A stretch of 61,731 nt of DNA, the filler included, from Globobulimina sp. (taxonomy: Eukaryota): the NCBI GenBank assembly GCA_003354225.1. It is 26 parts of 26 records of this genome, joined end to end, with 100 filler letters (N's around TTAATTAATTAA, not from the genome) between each part and the next. Parts side by side here need not be neighbours in the genome. Positions count along the whole stretch, not along the records: positions 1 to 2,280 come from PIVH01007694.1; positions 2,381 to 4,660 come from PIVH01007695.1; positions 4,761 to 7,040 come from PIVH01007696.1; positions 7,141 to 9,420 come from PIVH01007697.1; positions 9,521 to 11,800 come from PIVH01007698.1; 21 more parts are not named here. One strand, 5' to 3'. Each line of letters starts with the position of its first letter. Position 1 is the stretch's first letter. Shown here in pieces: positions 1-11,438 of this stretch. Made by a program: the position numbers and the translations under genes. Below the pieces are notes generated by a model. That model searched no databases. It worked only from the letters and a program-made list of their open reading frames with translations, and was not told where the DNA came from.

Positions 1-333
1 TAGAAATCATAAATACATCGGCCGTTATGGAATAAACCACATTTTTTCTTACTTGCCTTATCTTCAGGTGAGCATTTTTTCTTTTTGTTTACAAACAATG
101 CAAAACAATGCAGATGTGTACATTGGGTTTTCTTATGTTTTTTAGTTAATTCAAATGCAATATTACACAGTTACCACTTACCATTTTATTGCTTGATAAT
201 TTACAGCTGTTCGTTCAAAGAGATAATGAAACGGTTATCCGCACTGTGTGACTGTCATAACGCCGCAAAATTACCTTTGACTTTACTCAGTATCCACAAC
301 TAAAAAATTCAGAGAGAATCAACACACACACAA

Positions 334-1147
334 ATGGGAATATGTTCTAGTGATATCACAGGATTAAATGATCCGATCGTCGAACAGAAACATCCACCAA
401 CAGAACCTTTATATTCCACAGTTAATCGTGTCACTTTGGCACAAAAAATCTCAAAGGAAAGTAAAATGAAAAAATTATGTTTCATTCCACAATTTGAACG
501 CAAAAATAACAAAAACTGCGAGGAGAGAGAAACGATACAAATCAAAGCAATCAAAACAATCACATTTTACAACCCCGAAACAGGTATTTAATTTTTCATT
601 CATTTTTTTCGTGCACGGCACACAATTCATGAATGGATATAAATTGATGGTTTTTTTGTGATAAACAGAGAAAGTGTGGTTTGAGATATTTGAATACGAG
701 ATAGGTGAAGGTCATACTGGCTTAATTATTGTAAATGATAGGAATGAATATTTGTTCAATCTGAAACGAAACAGATTGGATATTAGAATGAAAAAAAAAG
801 ATGTACTGAAACAAGAGGCAAAATGTTACATTTATAACGATTTTAACTCCGAAAGTCAAGAAATATTTGGAAGCATTGGAAGAGATCCAGGCAAAAACAA
901 AAATTATTTGGATACGAAACATTACTTAATGATCGATGGAAGGACCATTTATGAGTTTTTAGCGGAGGGTAATTGTGTCAAATTTGCTGTTTGTTCAAAT
1001 GGCGGTGTTATTGCAAAAAGTAAAAACAGTAAAGACCTGGAAATGGGTAACAATGTCGATTCTGCCTTAATTGTATTGATTTATGCTGGCTTATATTTAT
1101 TGAAAGATGAATATAAACTCAGATTGCATTTGGCTTATAATAATTAA
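334..1147 (+). CDS. LURP-one/tubby-C-like beta-barrel protein, 2 exons (334-583, 669-1147)
   Basis: GT-AG intron 584-668 joins the two ORFs in frame (NPETEKVWFE). N-terminus MGIC is a lipidation-type start. C-terminal VDSALIVLI helix is typical of the LURP-one/scramblase-tubby fold. Confidence 0.55.
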
Positions 1148-1379
1148 AAATACATGTTTTTGACATTTATACTTTCTGTATTCTTGGTCGTCAGTACTCT
1201 TTGTTTGCATAACTGTATAATATCTGAAGTCAAAAACCTTGGCGAACAATTTTACACACTTCCCAAACCATGGCGAAGTCTTCGTAATCTCACCACATAC
1301 ACAACTCATTTTGAATGAAAAAGGTACATAACAACACACAACAAATACCTCCACCAAAACAAACCTTATCTCAGATTCA

Positions 1380-2063
1380 ATGGACGGTATCTTCGAAGAG
1401 AAAACACCCGAACAATCCGATGAAGATTCACTATTATTAAACGAAAAAAGTAACACTTTTATGCATCAAGTTCGACTCAGTCGAAAAAATAGCTTTTCGT
1501 ACAACAACGAACAGTCTGATTCACCGCTTCGCATAGTCGACGATATTAACAATTCCTATATTCATGATGCCATTGATGAATATAAATCCGATCAACCAAT
1601 AAAAGTAAAACCATCATGTCATACCTCGCAGTCTGCCATAATTTACTTGAAACGGCCACATCCGCACACTTTCATGGATAAACCGACCAAACTCGCCCGT
1701 CGCCATTCCGCTGATAAAATATTATGCAAAGCATCCCACAAAAATATAAATTCTCGCGATTATTTAAACAGAATGGTCATTACATTGCGGTATAAAATAG
1801 CGACATGCAAAGAGGACCTACGCATTGCCGGCGAATTGGGACAGAATTTATTCTCTCAAAACGGCCAAAAAGATTTAACCATCCAACGCTACGAAGATGA
1901 TATACATAAATTGAAAGCGGAAAATGACGAAATATCCAATGTTAAAAACCAATTATTACAAACCACAAAACTCGACGCTGAGCTCGCACAACGCCTAGAA
2001 AAGTATGTACATATTACACAGTTCCAAACGAAAAAAAAACATTTGAGTCTAAAAATATTTTGA
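1380..2063 (+). CDS. Coiled-coil protein with HAP1_N/CC1-box-like motif; 3' end probably spliced or incomplete
   Basis: KEDLRIAGELGQNL resembles the DLxxAAxxGQxL motif of HAP1/TRAK/BICDR/Spindly and is followed by heptad repeats. Likely donor AA|GTATGT near 2003. Confidence 0.45.
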   Translation: MDGIFEEKTPEQSDEDSLLLNEKSNTFMHQVRLSRKNSFSYNNEQSDSPLRIVDDINNSYIHDAIDEYKSDQPIKVKPSCHTSQSAIIYLKRPHPHTFMDKPTKLARRHSADKILCKASHKNINSRDYLNRMVITLRYKIATCKEDLRIAGELGQNLFSQNGQKDLTIQRYEDDIHKLKAENDEISNVKNQLLQTTKLDAELAQRLEKYVHITQFQTKKKHLSLKIF

Positions 2064-2280
2064 AATTAATATTTTTTTGCTGTTTGAAACTGGAAAACAT
2101 TACATATTTGGGTGCGAGGATAAGTATATTATAAATGTACGCAAATTCGCTGAAAAACATTTTATTTTTGTAGGGATTTACACCATCAGAAAAGCTGTCA
2201 TATGCAATATAAGAGCAAGTACCAGCAAGAATGCGTAGTGTTACAAGCGCAGTTAGAACGCGGTGTGTCCTATGTTCGGC

Positions 2281-2380
2281 NNNNNNNNNNNNNNNNNNNN
2301 NNNNNNNNNNNNNNNNNNNNNNNNTTAATTAATTAANNNNNNNNNNNNNNNNNNNNNNNNNNNNNNNNNNNNNNNNNNNN
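2281..2380. other. Artificial contig spacer (first of 25; others start at 4661, 7041, 9421, 11801, 14180, 16559, 18938, 21317, 23696, 26075, 28453, 30831, 33209, 35587, 37964, 40341, 42718, 45095, 47472, 49849, 52226, 54603, 56980, 59356)
   Basis: Identical N-run/TTAATTAATTAA/N-run blocks at a ~2.38 kb period; flanking contigs decrease steadily in length. Confidence 0.99.
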
Positions 2381-2702
2381 GGCGTAGGTGAAATCACTGG
2401 AGGTGTTTTAATAATGTTCTTAGGATATTTTAATATGACAAGATTGCCCTTAAGAATGATTATCTGGCAATGGTTCCATTTTCAAAAAGGAATGGCTTCT
2501 ATCAAGAGAGCTCAAGAGCTTCTTGAAATAGAACCAGAAAATTATAACGAAGGAGGAGAAGTTATTAAAGATCCTCAAGGAAAAGTAGAATACAAGAATG
2601 TTCATTTCGGATATGAAGGAAAAGGAATGGTTTTAAAAGATATTAACTTCACTGCCCTACCGGGGCAGAAGATCGCTTTAGTTGGAGGAAGTGGAGAAGG
2701 AA
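2381..2702 (+). CDS. Prokaryotic-type ABC exporter fragment (TMD end plus NBD start), truncated at Walker A
   Basis: GKVEYKNVHFGY...VLKDINFTALPGQKIALVGGSGEG, which stops before the expected KS/T. No introns. Confidence 0.85.
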
Positions 2703-4227
2703 TACTTTGAGCTGGACGAGCTGAGGGACGAATTTGATAAGGAAAAGGATGATTTCTTGCAGCAACGTGACAAGGTATTGGCGCATATTGCTACGGCAAG
2801 GTCGAGATTGGAAGCTGCCGCACAGCGAATGATTGTGGAACGAGAGAAATTTGAACAGGAAAAAACGCAGTTTGACCAAATGGTATGTACTGTTTTTCGG
2901 TGTGATGTACTGACGAATGACAAAAACGTTACAATAATATAAGGTAAGTACGAGTGGTGTGGTTATGGATGGTGTCGGCGGAGACAATGCCAAAATGCTG
3001 CAACAGTTAGAAAGTCAAAGATTGCTAATGAAGCAGATGAGAGATGCTATGATTAATCAAAAGCGATCGACGCAGACAGATTATTTGCAGGAGGAATGGA
3101 TCAAATTAGATGAAGAAAAGCAATATATCGCGTCTACAGTGAAGGAGATCGAAGCCACGTTACAAGAAATTGAAGACACAGAAAAGGAGAATAAAAAAGA
3201 AAGAAACGAGTTGGACAAAGTAAAGAAGCAAATTGAAGAACGAACCAATGAGTTAAATGCAAAAGAAAATAAATTAAATGAAAAAGAGGAACATTTACAG
3301 GAATTTAATGCAAAGTTACAACAGGAATCGCAAAGGTTGCTACAGGATAAAAAAGTAAATAGTTCCATGTATAAGAATAAATTGAAAATGCTAAAAACAA
3401 AAAATAAATTATTGTCTTCCAAATTAAAACAAAGTATATCTGGTAATACTTCTGAAAGGGAAATGGAGACAGAAACAGCAGAAATGCATCATTTAAGTTT
3501 AAATATCGGTGTTTTGACCCAAACGGATTTGTTGTCAGAGACCTTCGCCTCCGCAGACGAGGATTTTTATTCTGATGATTTGGACACGGACAATTCGTAT
3601 GATATTGAATATTATCAATACGAAGAGGACGATACAGAGAGGGTGCCACCGCTGACATTATTGCCGCATTCGACGGAAGAAGTGCTACATATTCCAGTGG
3701 GCGACACCCCCGAACCACCCATACATATATCGAGCGAGCCACACAATCGAAGGTCTACGCCCGCACCAGAAAAAAATAAAAATGATACGTACAAAGCTGT
3801 GCTGTCTACGGCTGCATTCGTCGAATCACCGTTAACTTCAATTCATAGTAAGTTGGAATTACAATCGAATTCAATGTTTCTGGATAAGGATCGATTTAAA
3901 AAACAGCAAGAAAAACGCAAATCGTTTCACCAAAATAAAGCACAAACGATTACATTGGCAAATAATAAAAAAAGACATGACTCTGTGAAATTAGAATTGT
4001 TAACGGATGATATGATGAACGAATTTGATGTTTTGATCGGCGAACAGACGAAAATTAGCGAAGATATTCAAGATAAGCTACACTCTGCATTCCAATTGCT
4101 TGAAATCGATTTCAAGTCGCACATGCAGAAAAACGTTGAACTGTTAAGTACAGTCCGTAATGGCAGCGTCACGCTATCCCGAAAGCTTGAGTCTTTGTTC
4201 GCTTATTCTTGCTTCGAATGGAATTGA
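2682..4227 (+). CDS. Long coiled-coil eukaryotic protein, 5'-truncated; intron 2883-2943
   Basis: E/K-rich heptads. The 61-nt GT-AG intron joins the ORFs in frame (FDQM|VSTSGV). Confidence 0.7.
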
Positions 4228-4760
4228 TACACCAATTTCCCGGACACACTCTGCATTTAATACATGATAACCATACTATAATCCAAAACATTGTAAGTCC
4301 CGGGAATACATACACCACGAATACAAAATATAATGAATGTCCTTTTATGCATACTCCGTAGGTATAGATTTTATTTGCTCTGCAATCGTAGGCCCACGCT
4401 AAGGATGGAGATGGACAGCCTTTGTAGTTACTTGCACGCGCCAGACAGGCGCCGCATTCTTTGATAAAGAAAGGTTTGTCGCCTATGAATGTCTGCCATC
4501 GACTGTATTGGGTGCCTGGTCCACCTATCATTGGCGCCACGCCATGCAATGTGTTCCATTGACATCTACCACCTGCGATCCACGCCATATTTGAGCCGGA
4601 ATATACTAATGGAATCCCATTCTTTCCTACTATTACCCACAAAACAGCGGGATTGCCAGGNNNNNNNNNNNNNNNNNNNNNNNNNNNNNNNNNNNNNNNN
4701 NNNNTTAATTAATTAANNNNNNNNNNNNNNNNNNNNNNNNNNNNNNNNNNNNNNNNNNNN

Positions 4761-7040
4761 GCTTTGCCATTGGTAAAACAAAGGGTGGCGTTGGAATACG
4801 ATCTCTATGAAATTTATCATTTTTCCATTGTATAACTTTTGATAAATACTTATAATCGTCAGATTTTTCAATCTCACCATATGGTGTCGAGTCAACTTGT
4901 TTTACTTTTAATAAATGAATTTGTATAAATGGCAAAATAAAATCTTCCAAAGCAGCATTATATGAAAACACCTGTTGTTTAAATAAATGAATAGCAAAAA
5001 AAGCAAATCTTAGTTTTGAATCCATGCTGACATACAATGGAATGCTCTTAATATAAATCTTGCGAATTCTTAAATAAATATGGCCAATTAACCATTCTTG
5101 CTCTTCGGGATAATCGCTGAGCGTCGATGCATTGAAAGCGTTACATATTTTCAACCGCGGATATTGTGAGCCAATCGATAATATCATGCCTTTATCGCTC
5201 GCAAAAGTCTCTGCCACATAATAAGAGGATGTCGTCGACAATGGCCCATAAAATGAATTTGTTGATGATGCATTTAATATCATTTTCTTATTAATGCCAT
5301 GAAATAAACGCCATTCAACTTCTTTTCTCTGCGCTTTATCATAATACGTTGGTTCCAAAATAGTTGAAAATTTATTGATAAATATTAATAATTTCCCTCG
5401 CCAATGATAAAACTCTGAGTTTCTTTCTTCCAATTTTTTTGTTACACGATCTGTGAACGAAATCAGCGGTGAAGACGTTTTAAATCTTCTTAACACTGAA
5501 GGTTGCCAACTTATTGTATAATTATTTCATTTTTTTATAGCATGATTTGGCAAATGTTGTTAACTCAACTGTGGAGTGGTAGCATTTCCAGGATCAGAGG
5601 ATGCTTTACGCATTGCATCAGGATTCATATTCATTCCACGCAGTGAGTTACTGGCATATTGCCGCATAATATCATCGTTACTGTCTATACGAAAACACTT
5701 TTTTAAATGAAATTGCAAGTCATCCCAATCAGTGTATAATTTGATAACCATAATTTCCTTAATTGAGGGTATTTCGCCTCTCTTCCACGATGCTTTATGT
5801 CCTAATACGTGATCATTAAAGCGTCCATCATATTGTGTTCGAATTCTTTGAACGCCAAATGTTTTCTTGAACTCCGTTACTTTTCGAACAGTTTGGGACC
5901 AATCTTCCTTTGATAATGAATGATATTTATTGTTTAGTACTTCTTCTTTGACATTGGCAAATTTTGGTTTTATATGTGATAGAGCACCACGATTATTGTT
6001 AGCAAATCCGGTTGAACCCTGCCAGCGAAATGTGCCTGCATTCTTAACCAATGTTGTATATATTTTATCTTCTTTCATTATATCAATATGATCCATACTC
6101 TCTATCCATATTCGATCGTCTCTTCCATCATATTTTGATGTTGTTGGTATATGAATATTATCTGCTTCTTTTTCATCATCTTTCTCCTCATATTCCCCGT
6201 CGTCTTTCTCCTCATATTTCTCCTCTTCTTTCGTTACATCATCTTTCTCCTCATATTTCTCATCATCGATATCTTTGTCATCCTTATCATGAAGATCCAG
6301 ATAATGACAGCCCTTCGCCATTGTTGAGCTGACAAATTGCAATTATTTCAAAATTTAAATTATTAATATTAATATTAAACGATGAGGGAATTAAAGCTAA
6401 AGTAACTAAACTGCAAAAAGTACGAATGTATATCATCCAATTTGTTTGGAAATAAACTTCTTTCGTCAAATGTCAATGTATTTTCGCTTTGCGTTTTTCT
6501 TTGTCTTCGTTTTTTTCTTCGCGTTGCAAGATTGCAAGTTTTTGATGTATGATCACATCCATATTTTTCCCGTATTTGACAGCAAATTAATATTTGCATT
6601 TCATGGTTGTTTAACATATGATAAGTATGAATATGTTGAAAATCATTACATAATGCGGTATAATTATATTTTGAAAATCTAAAGCAATCATCCATCTTTT
6701 TGTTATATATAATATTATAACATTTGACATAAAAATTAACGTTTCTGTAACGTACCTGTGGCAAAATGCGTTGGCTAGTTATTTGTTGATAAAACTCTTT
6801 ATAAATATTTAAAAATACACATATTCGTTTGATACAGGGACATTTAGACACATTACAGTCAACATCCTTGCATTCTATATTTAATTGAGCCTTTGTATCA
6901 TTATAACCAATTAATAATTTGCCCATTTCAGTTAAAAACATATTCTTAATATCTTTATAAAAAGGTGGAGGTGCTGGCATATTGACAGTTGAACTGTCAC
7001 TTCGTTTCATCTCTTGTTCCAATGCGCTGTCCGCAGCAGA
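4761..7040 (-). CDS. Large protein with C-terminal ADP-ribosyltransferase-like domain, partial at both ends; exons 7040-6412, 6328-5570, 5509-4761
   Basis: Introns 6329-6411 and 5510-5569 join three ORFs in frame (YFLH|STMA, TTPH|WQPS). ART-like motifs LFHG, PLSTTSS and YPEEQEWL. Tandem (E)KYEEKDD repeats. Confidence 0.65.
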
Positions 7041-7140
7041 NNNNNNNNNNNNNNNNNNNNNNNNNNNNNNNNNNNNNNNNNNNNTTAATTAATTAANNNN
7101 NNNNNNNNNNNNNNNNNNNNNNNNNNNNNNNNNNNNNNNN

Positions 7141-7268
7141 TTTATTTTGAATAATCTGTAAAAAACTGTAAATTCAAAGAGTTTACAGTAAAAAACAGTA
7201 ATTTCAAACTGAAAAGCAAAAAGTTAAATGTTACCTTTAACATTTTATTATTAACCTATATTCCTTCC
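7141..7268. mobile_element. Right part of a ~212-bp foldback MITE-like repeat
   Basis: 7237-7268 is the reverse complement of 9302-9333 (31/32 identical). 7141-7175 matches 9386-9420 directly (34/35). Confidence 0.7.
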
Positions 7269-7336
7269 ATATATTCCCAAGAATACATATATGATCCCTT
7301 GACAGGTCCACCATTTATTAAATATATTATCCTAAG

Positions 7337-7427
7337 CACAGGGGTGTAAAAAAAAGTGCCTTCAATCAATGTATTTTACCATAAAATGGTGCTGATATAC
7401 AGAAAAAACTTTTTTTATACCCCTGTG
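7337..7427. mobile_element. 91-bp MITE with ~20-bp TIRs and 8-bp TSD (P- or hAT-type)
   Basis: TIRs CACAGGGGTGTAAAAAAAAGT (7337-7357) and ACTTTTTTTATACCCCTGTG (7408-7427). ATCCTAAG is duplicated at 7329-7336 and 7428-7435. Confidence 0.9.
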
Positions 7428-7880
7428 ATCCTAAGTCATATATGTGATTAGGATCATATGTGTAGTTCTTATCGGGAACATTACTGTAACAAAATGTTTA
7501 CATTTGCACATAAATGCTGCATTTTTTTGATCATTATATTCTGCACAAATTTTTAATACGCCAGACAAAATTTGCTTCAGAGACAAATGATGGCAACTCA
7601 CAACGGTTCATCAGATTAAGGAAATCTTGGAGAAACGCTTTGCAAATCCAGAAACGGTTTGCTATATGTTTGTGTTGGGTTTGTCTGTGTTTGTTATAAC
7701 TTTGTCTTGGGTTTGCAAATCGAGAACAAAGTCAGAACAAATTTATCATTGAATTTTCGGTATACAAAGGGGGGTGGTATCTAGTAATGGAATATATCGT
7801 TTAGTGATATATGGTTAAATAAAGTCAAAGTGCAAGGATACAGTGGGAATTGTTTCAAGAATTGTTTCAAGCGAGAATTG

Positions 7881-8801
7881 TTACAAGAATTGGTCGTCTG
7901 AGCATATGCGTATACTTTGCTGTTGATTAAATTTTGTAAAATCAACGATTTGATCGCGTGCATTTATATATTCCTTTCTAAATTTTTGATGTCGAATAAC
8001 AGTGATTATTCTTAAGAGTCGAACAATAAACCGGGCCAATAATACAACAGATAGTATCCAATCGGGCGCAAACCAGTATATTGGTATGCTAACCACACAA
8101 ATACATACAATTATAAAATCAAATAAATTGAAAAGGGAAATAAAGAATTCCTTCAATCCGGTTGCTTGAACTTGAATTATTATATCAAAAACCATGAGGC
8201 CGACACAAAAGATATCCAATGAGATAAACCATATTGGCTCTTTATCCAAATTGCTGTTTGCCACAGACCCGTTACTCAAATCATACACCAATAATGCCAC
8301 AGTAATCAATATCGATAATATGTAGATTGACAAATACAATTTTGTATATAACAAAGCCAATGAACACATTTTTCGGTCATAAGCACTCCAAAAACAACAA
8401 CAACACACAATACAACAATATGGCAATTTATTTGTTAACCAAGGGCATGGCGGGCTATTTATTTTAATATTTTAATATCTATTATGTATTATATGTATAC
8501 AGTACCTGTAATCAGTGTTTGTCACTGTATTTTCGTGATTATTGATCCATGGATCTTTACCTGTTCCCGTTTCAAATTTAAGGATTTCAATGCCGGATTT
8601 ACCATTTTTTCGTTTTTGTCCATTTCGTGTTGGCGATATCGATGGTGATAAGACATCCATATCGATATGTTGTAATTGTATAAAGCTATCGTCGTGTTCA
8701 TGCATTGGCTGTTCCAATTCAGAAGCATCACTGTTTTTATTTCTATGAATTGATGTTGGTATAATTACAACAGGTTCGTTTGAAACAGGATTGTGTGCCA
8801 T
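7881..8801 (-). CDS. Stand-alone voltage-sensor-domain (S1-S4) membrane protein; intron 8455-8505
   Basis: Four TM helices with S3 motif FNLFDFIIV and S4 RFIVRLLR, and no pore domain. The 51-nt intron joins the ORFs in frame (TDYSPPCPW). Cys-rich juxtamembrane stretch. Confidence 0.75.
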
Positions 8802-9301
8802 GTTTATAACAGATGTAAATAACTGACTACAGTAACGTGTTTTTTTTGTTTACAAGGATTTGAGTAACAAGACGAACACATCATGCATATGTATTTTGGG
8901 ATTCACATTATTATGTATTCATTCTTTCCATGTACATGTACAGAAACATCAACATAAACAAACAAAGTTGACAACACACAACAAAACAGCATAGTTTTTA
9001 TAAATATATCCTTCGTTTAAAGTTCGTTTTCCAATGACTTACAACAACTCACCAATAGAATATAAGTATACATTTGCAATAATTCATAAGTTTTACCCCA
9101 AACCATAACATCCGCGGTGATCCCTGCAATGTAAATCGGTGCATTTGCGATAACATTGAATGGCCGCATCTCGTTACGCTTTTCAATGTGTTCATGGCCC
9201 ATTAACAAAGAAGATATAAAATTGTGCTATTTACGTTTTTGTTTGAGATCTGTCTTACGACATCTCGATAAATTTGAAGTTCCGAACATTTCCAAAACTT
9301 C

Positions 9302-9420
9302 GGAAGGAAAATAGGTTAATAATAAAATGTTAATGGTTCCCGATGAAACACAACCTTTAAGAATTCAATTTTGACTTTCAATGTTTTTATTTTGAATAAT
9401 CTGTAAAAAACTGTAAACTC
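9302..9420. mobile_element. Left part of the same foldback MITE-like repeat
   Basis: Starts GGAAGGAAAATAGGTTAATAATAAAATGTTAA; the contig ends inside the element. Confidence 0.7.
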
Positions 9421-9520
9421 NNNNNNNNNNNNNNNNNNNNNNNNNNNNNNNNNNNNNNNNNNNNTTAATTAATTAANNNNNNNNNNNNNNNNNNNNNNNN
9501 NNNNNNNNNNNNNNNNNNNN

Positions 9521-9983
9521 CATTTATAAATATTTTGCATGCTTCATTGTTGAATATAATGCATTTCTTAAAATGATGCCGTTCATAATAATAACCACTC
9601 AAAGTATTACAAATGCTGCCTTTAAATAAAGCTTCTTCCGGATATTCTTTATCAAAGAAAATAGATAATTTGGTTAATTTCTTTTCATTCACTTGCTTGT
9701 CATATAAATCCATGTATTCCAATGCTGAAACATACGGTGAATCACCATCATCAATGAACAGGTATCTTGTTGATAGTATGGCAAATAATTTTGGTATTTC
9801 ATATGGTTTATAATGTTTCATAAAGTAATTATGTAAATATTCATGAATAATTTTGAATTGTTCTATTGATTTTGGAGAATGCTCATAAAATAAACATATA
9901 TTGGCAATAAACTGCATCGGAAATGAGATTGTTATATTGCTGCATCGCAACGAATAGTTTTTAATTTGATTGATGAAATCCAT
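9521..9983 (-). CDS. Helical/TPR-like hypothetical protein, 3'-partial
   Basis: Open frame from MDFINQ to the contig end; TPR-like segment GSICNTLSGYYYERHHFKKCIIFNNEA. Confidence 0.4.
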
Positions 9984-10035
9984 GCCCAAGCCAAGCCTAT
10001 CTCTTTTCACAAAATCATTTTTCTTTCTTGTCATC

Positions 10036-11380
10036 ATGTCTTGGGATTGCCCAACCTGCACATTCAAGAATCATAGGGATGTTATTTTTTGTGAGCAATG
10101 TCATTTTAAACGAAGTATTGCAAGGAAATCTGGCACAATTATTAGATGGAGTAGAATTGAGAAAAAGTATTGGTGTGGTTTTGTTGAAGTAGACAGTGGC
10201 GGACTGATTTTTGTAGAGTATGTATTTCTAATATGTAATTTGAGGCAATCAGATGCATCCTACAACAACGAAAAACAGTGGACGTGATTTGAAAGATTTG
10301 AAATTATTTACAAATGATCGCATTACATTTGAAGTAATCCATGGACCCAAAGGTCCAAAAACAAGAGATGTTATGAAACAGCATCATCAACGCAGACAAA
10401 AAAATAAATCCATATCACAACATAAAAAATCAACATCCATTACAATGGTTTTATGGAATATATTATTGTTTTTACGTTATTTAATGATTTTTGCTGTTAT
10501 ATTAATATCATTATTCGCAGCAATTTACCCAATTGTTGTTGCGTATGGCATCAATGTCATTTTTTGGTTGATGAGCATTGCTTTACTTTTGTGGTTTGTT
10601 CCGACTATAAAACAAGCATATTCTCACAGAAATGTTGACAATGCGTATACATTGATTTCGATATTATTTGTATTGTATTTCTTGTCATTTGCAATTGATT
10701 TTAATCAAGAAATTAATTTATTAAACCATGATATCAAAATTAGTGATTTACAATATTTACCAGCAAAAGTTAATGAATTAGAAAAAACTGCGAATGAATC
10801 TTGGACAAAATATCTTGACAAAGACACTTATGTGAAAACATTTGATGATAAAGTTGTGTCAACACTGCATAAATATGGCGTGTTGCGGCAATTTGGATGT
10901 TTTATTGCAGGCTCTCGAATACAAATTGATAAATATGGCAATACTGTAAATGTTGAAGAACTTCGAATTGGGCATTATGTATTTCATCCGATATTAAAAG
11001 AACGGGTTTCCATTAAAATATGGACATATGGCAATGAGACAGGAGATATGTATCAGATAATTAGCAGAGATGCATTATCTGTGACTGTGACAGAAAAACA
11101 TGCAATGAAAATCTGCACCAAAAGCAATGACAATTTATTTGAGTGTGATCATAATATTGCTGCCAAAAATGTATATGAAGGTAATTGGACATTAACTAAA
11201 AATGGTTATCAACAAATTATATCAATTATTAAATTTCCTGTTCAAAATGTAATGGTTTATAATTTAGAGTTAAATGTTAGAGAGAACAGTGATGTCTCAT
11301 CTCGTGTCGTCATTGCTAATGGTATTTATACGCTTGATTTATATGCACAAACACTTCATGAAAAGAATGTTAATCAATAA
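10036..11380 (+). CDS. RanBP2 zinc finger - cold-shock domain - multi-TM - Hint-domain protein (427 aa); intron 10218-10278
   Basis: WDCPTCTFKN...CEQC zinc finger. Splicing restores the CSD GFVEVDSGGLIFVDGRDL...ITFEVIHGPKGPKTRDV. Hydrophobic helices ~10441-10700. Hint motifs GCF (Cys at 10898), TVTEKH, VYNL and VIANG. Confidence 0.85.
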
Positions 11381-11438
11381 TCAAATATACTATACTTATG
11401 TGAATTGACTTATGTAAATTGACTTAACTTGTGATAAT

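Noticed and set aside
4169-4660. Minus-strand Cys/Gly-rich ORF
   Set aside because: It overlaps the end of the plus-strand gene and has no recognisable motif. It may be another chimeric piece and could not be assigned.
10898-11380. Canonical protein-splicing intein
   Set aside because: There is no His-Asn-(Cys/Ser/Thr) C-terminal junction and no real C-extein.
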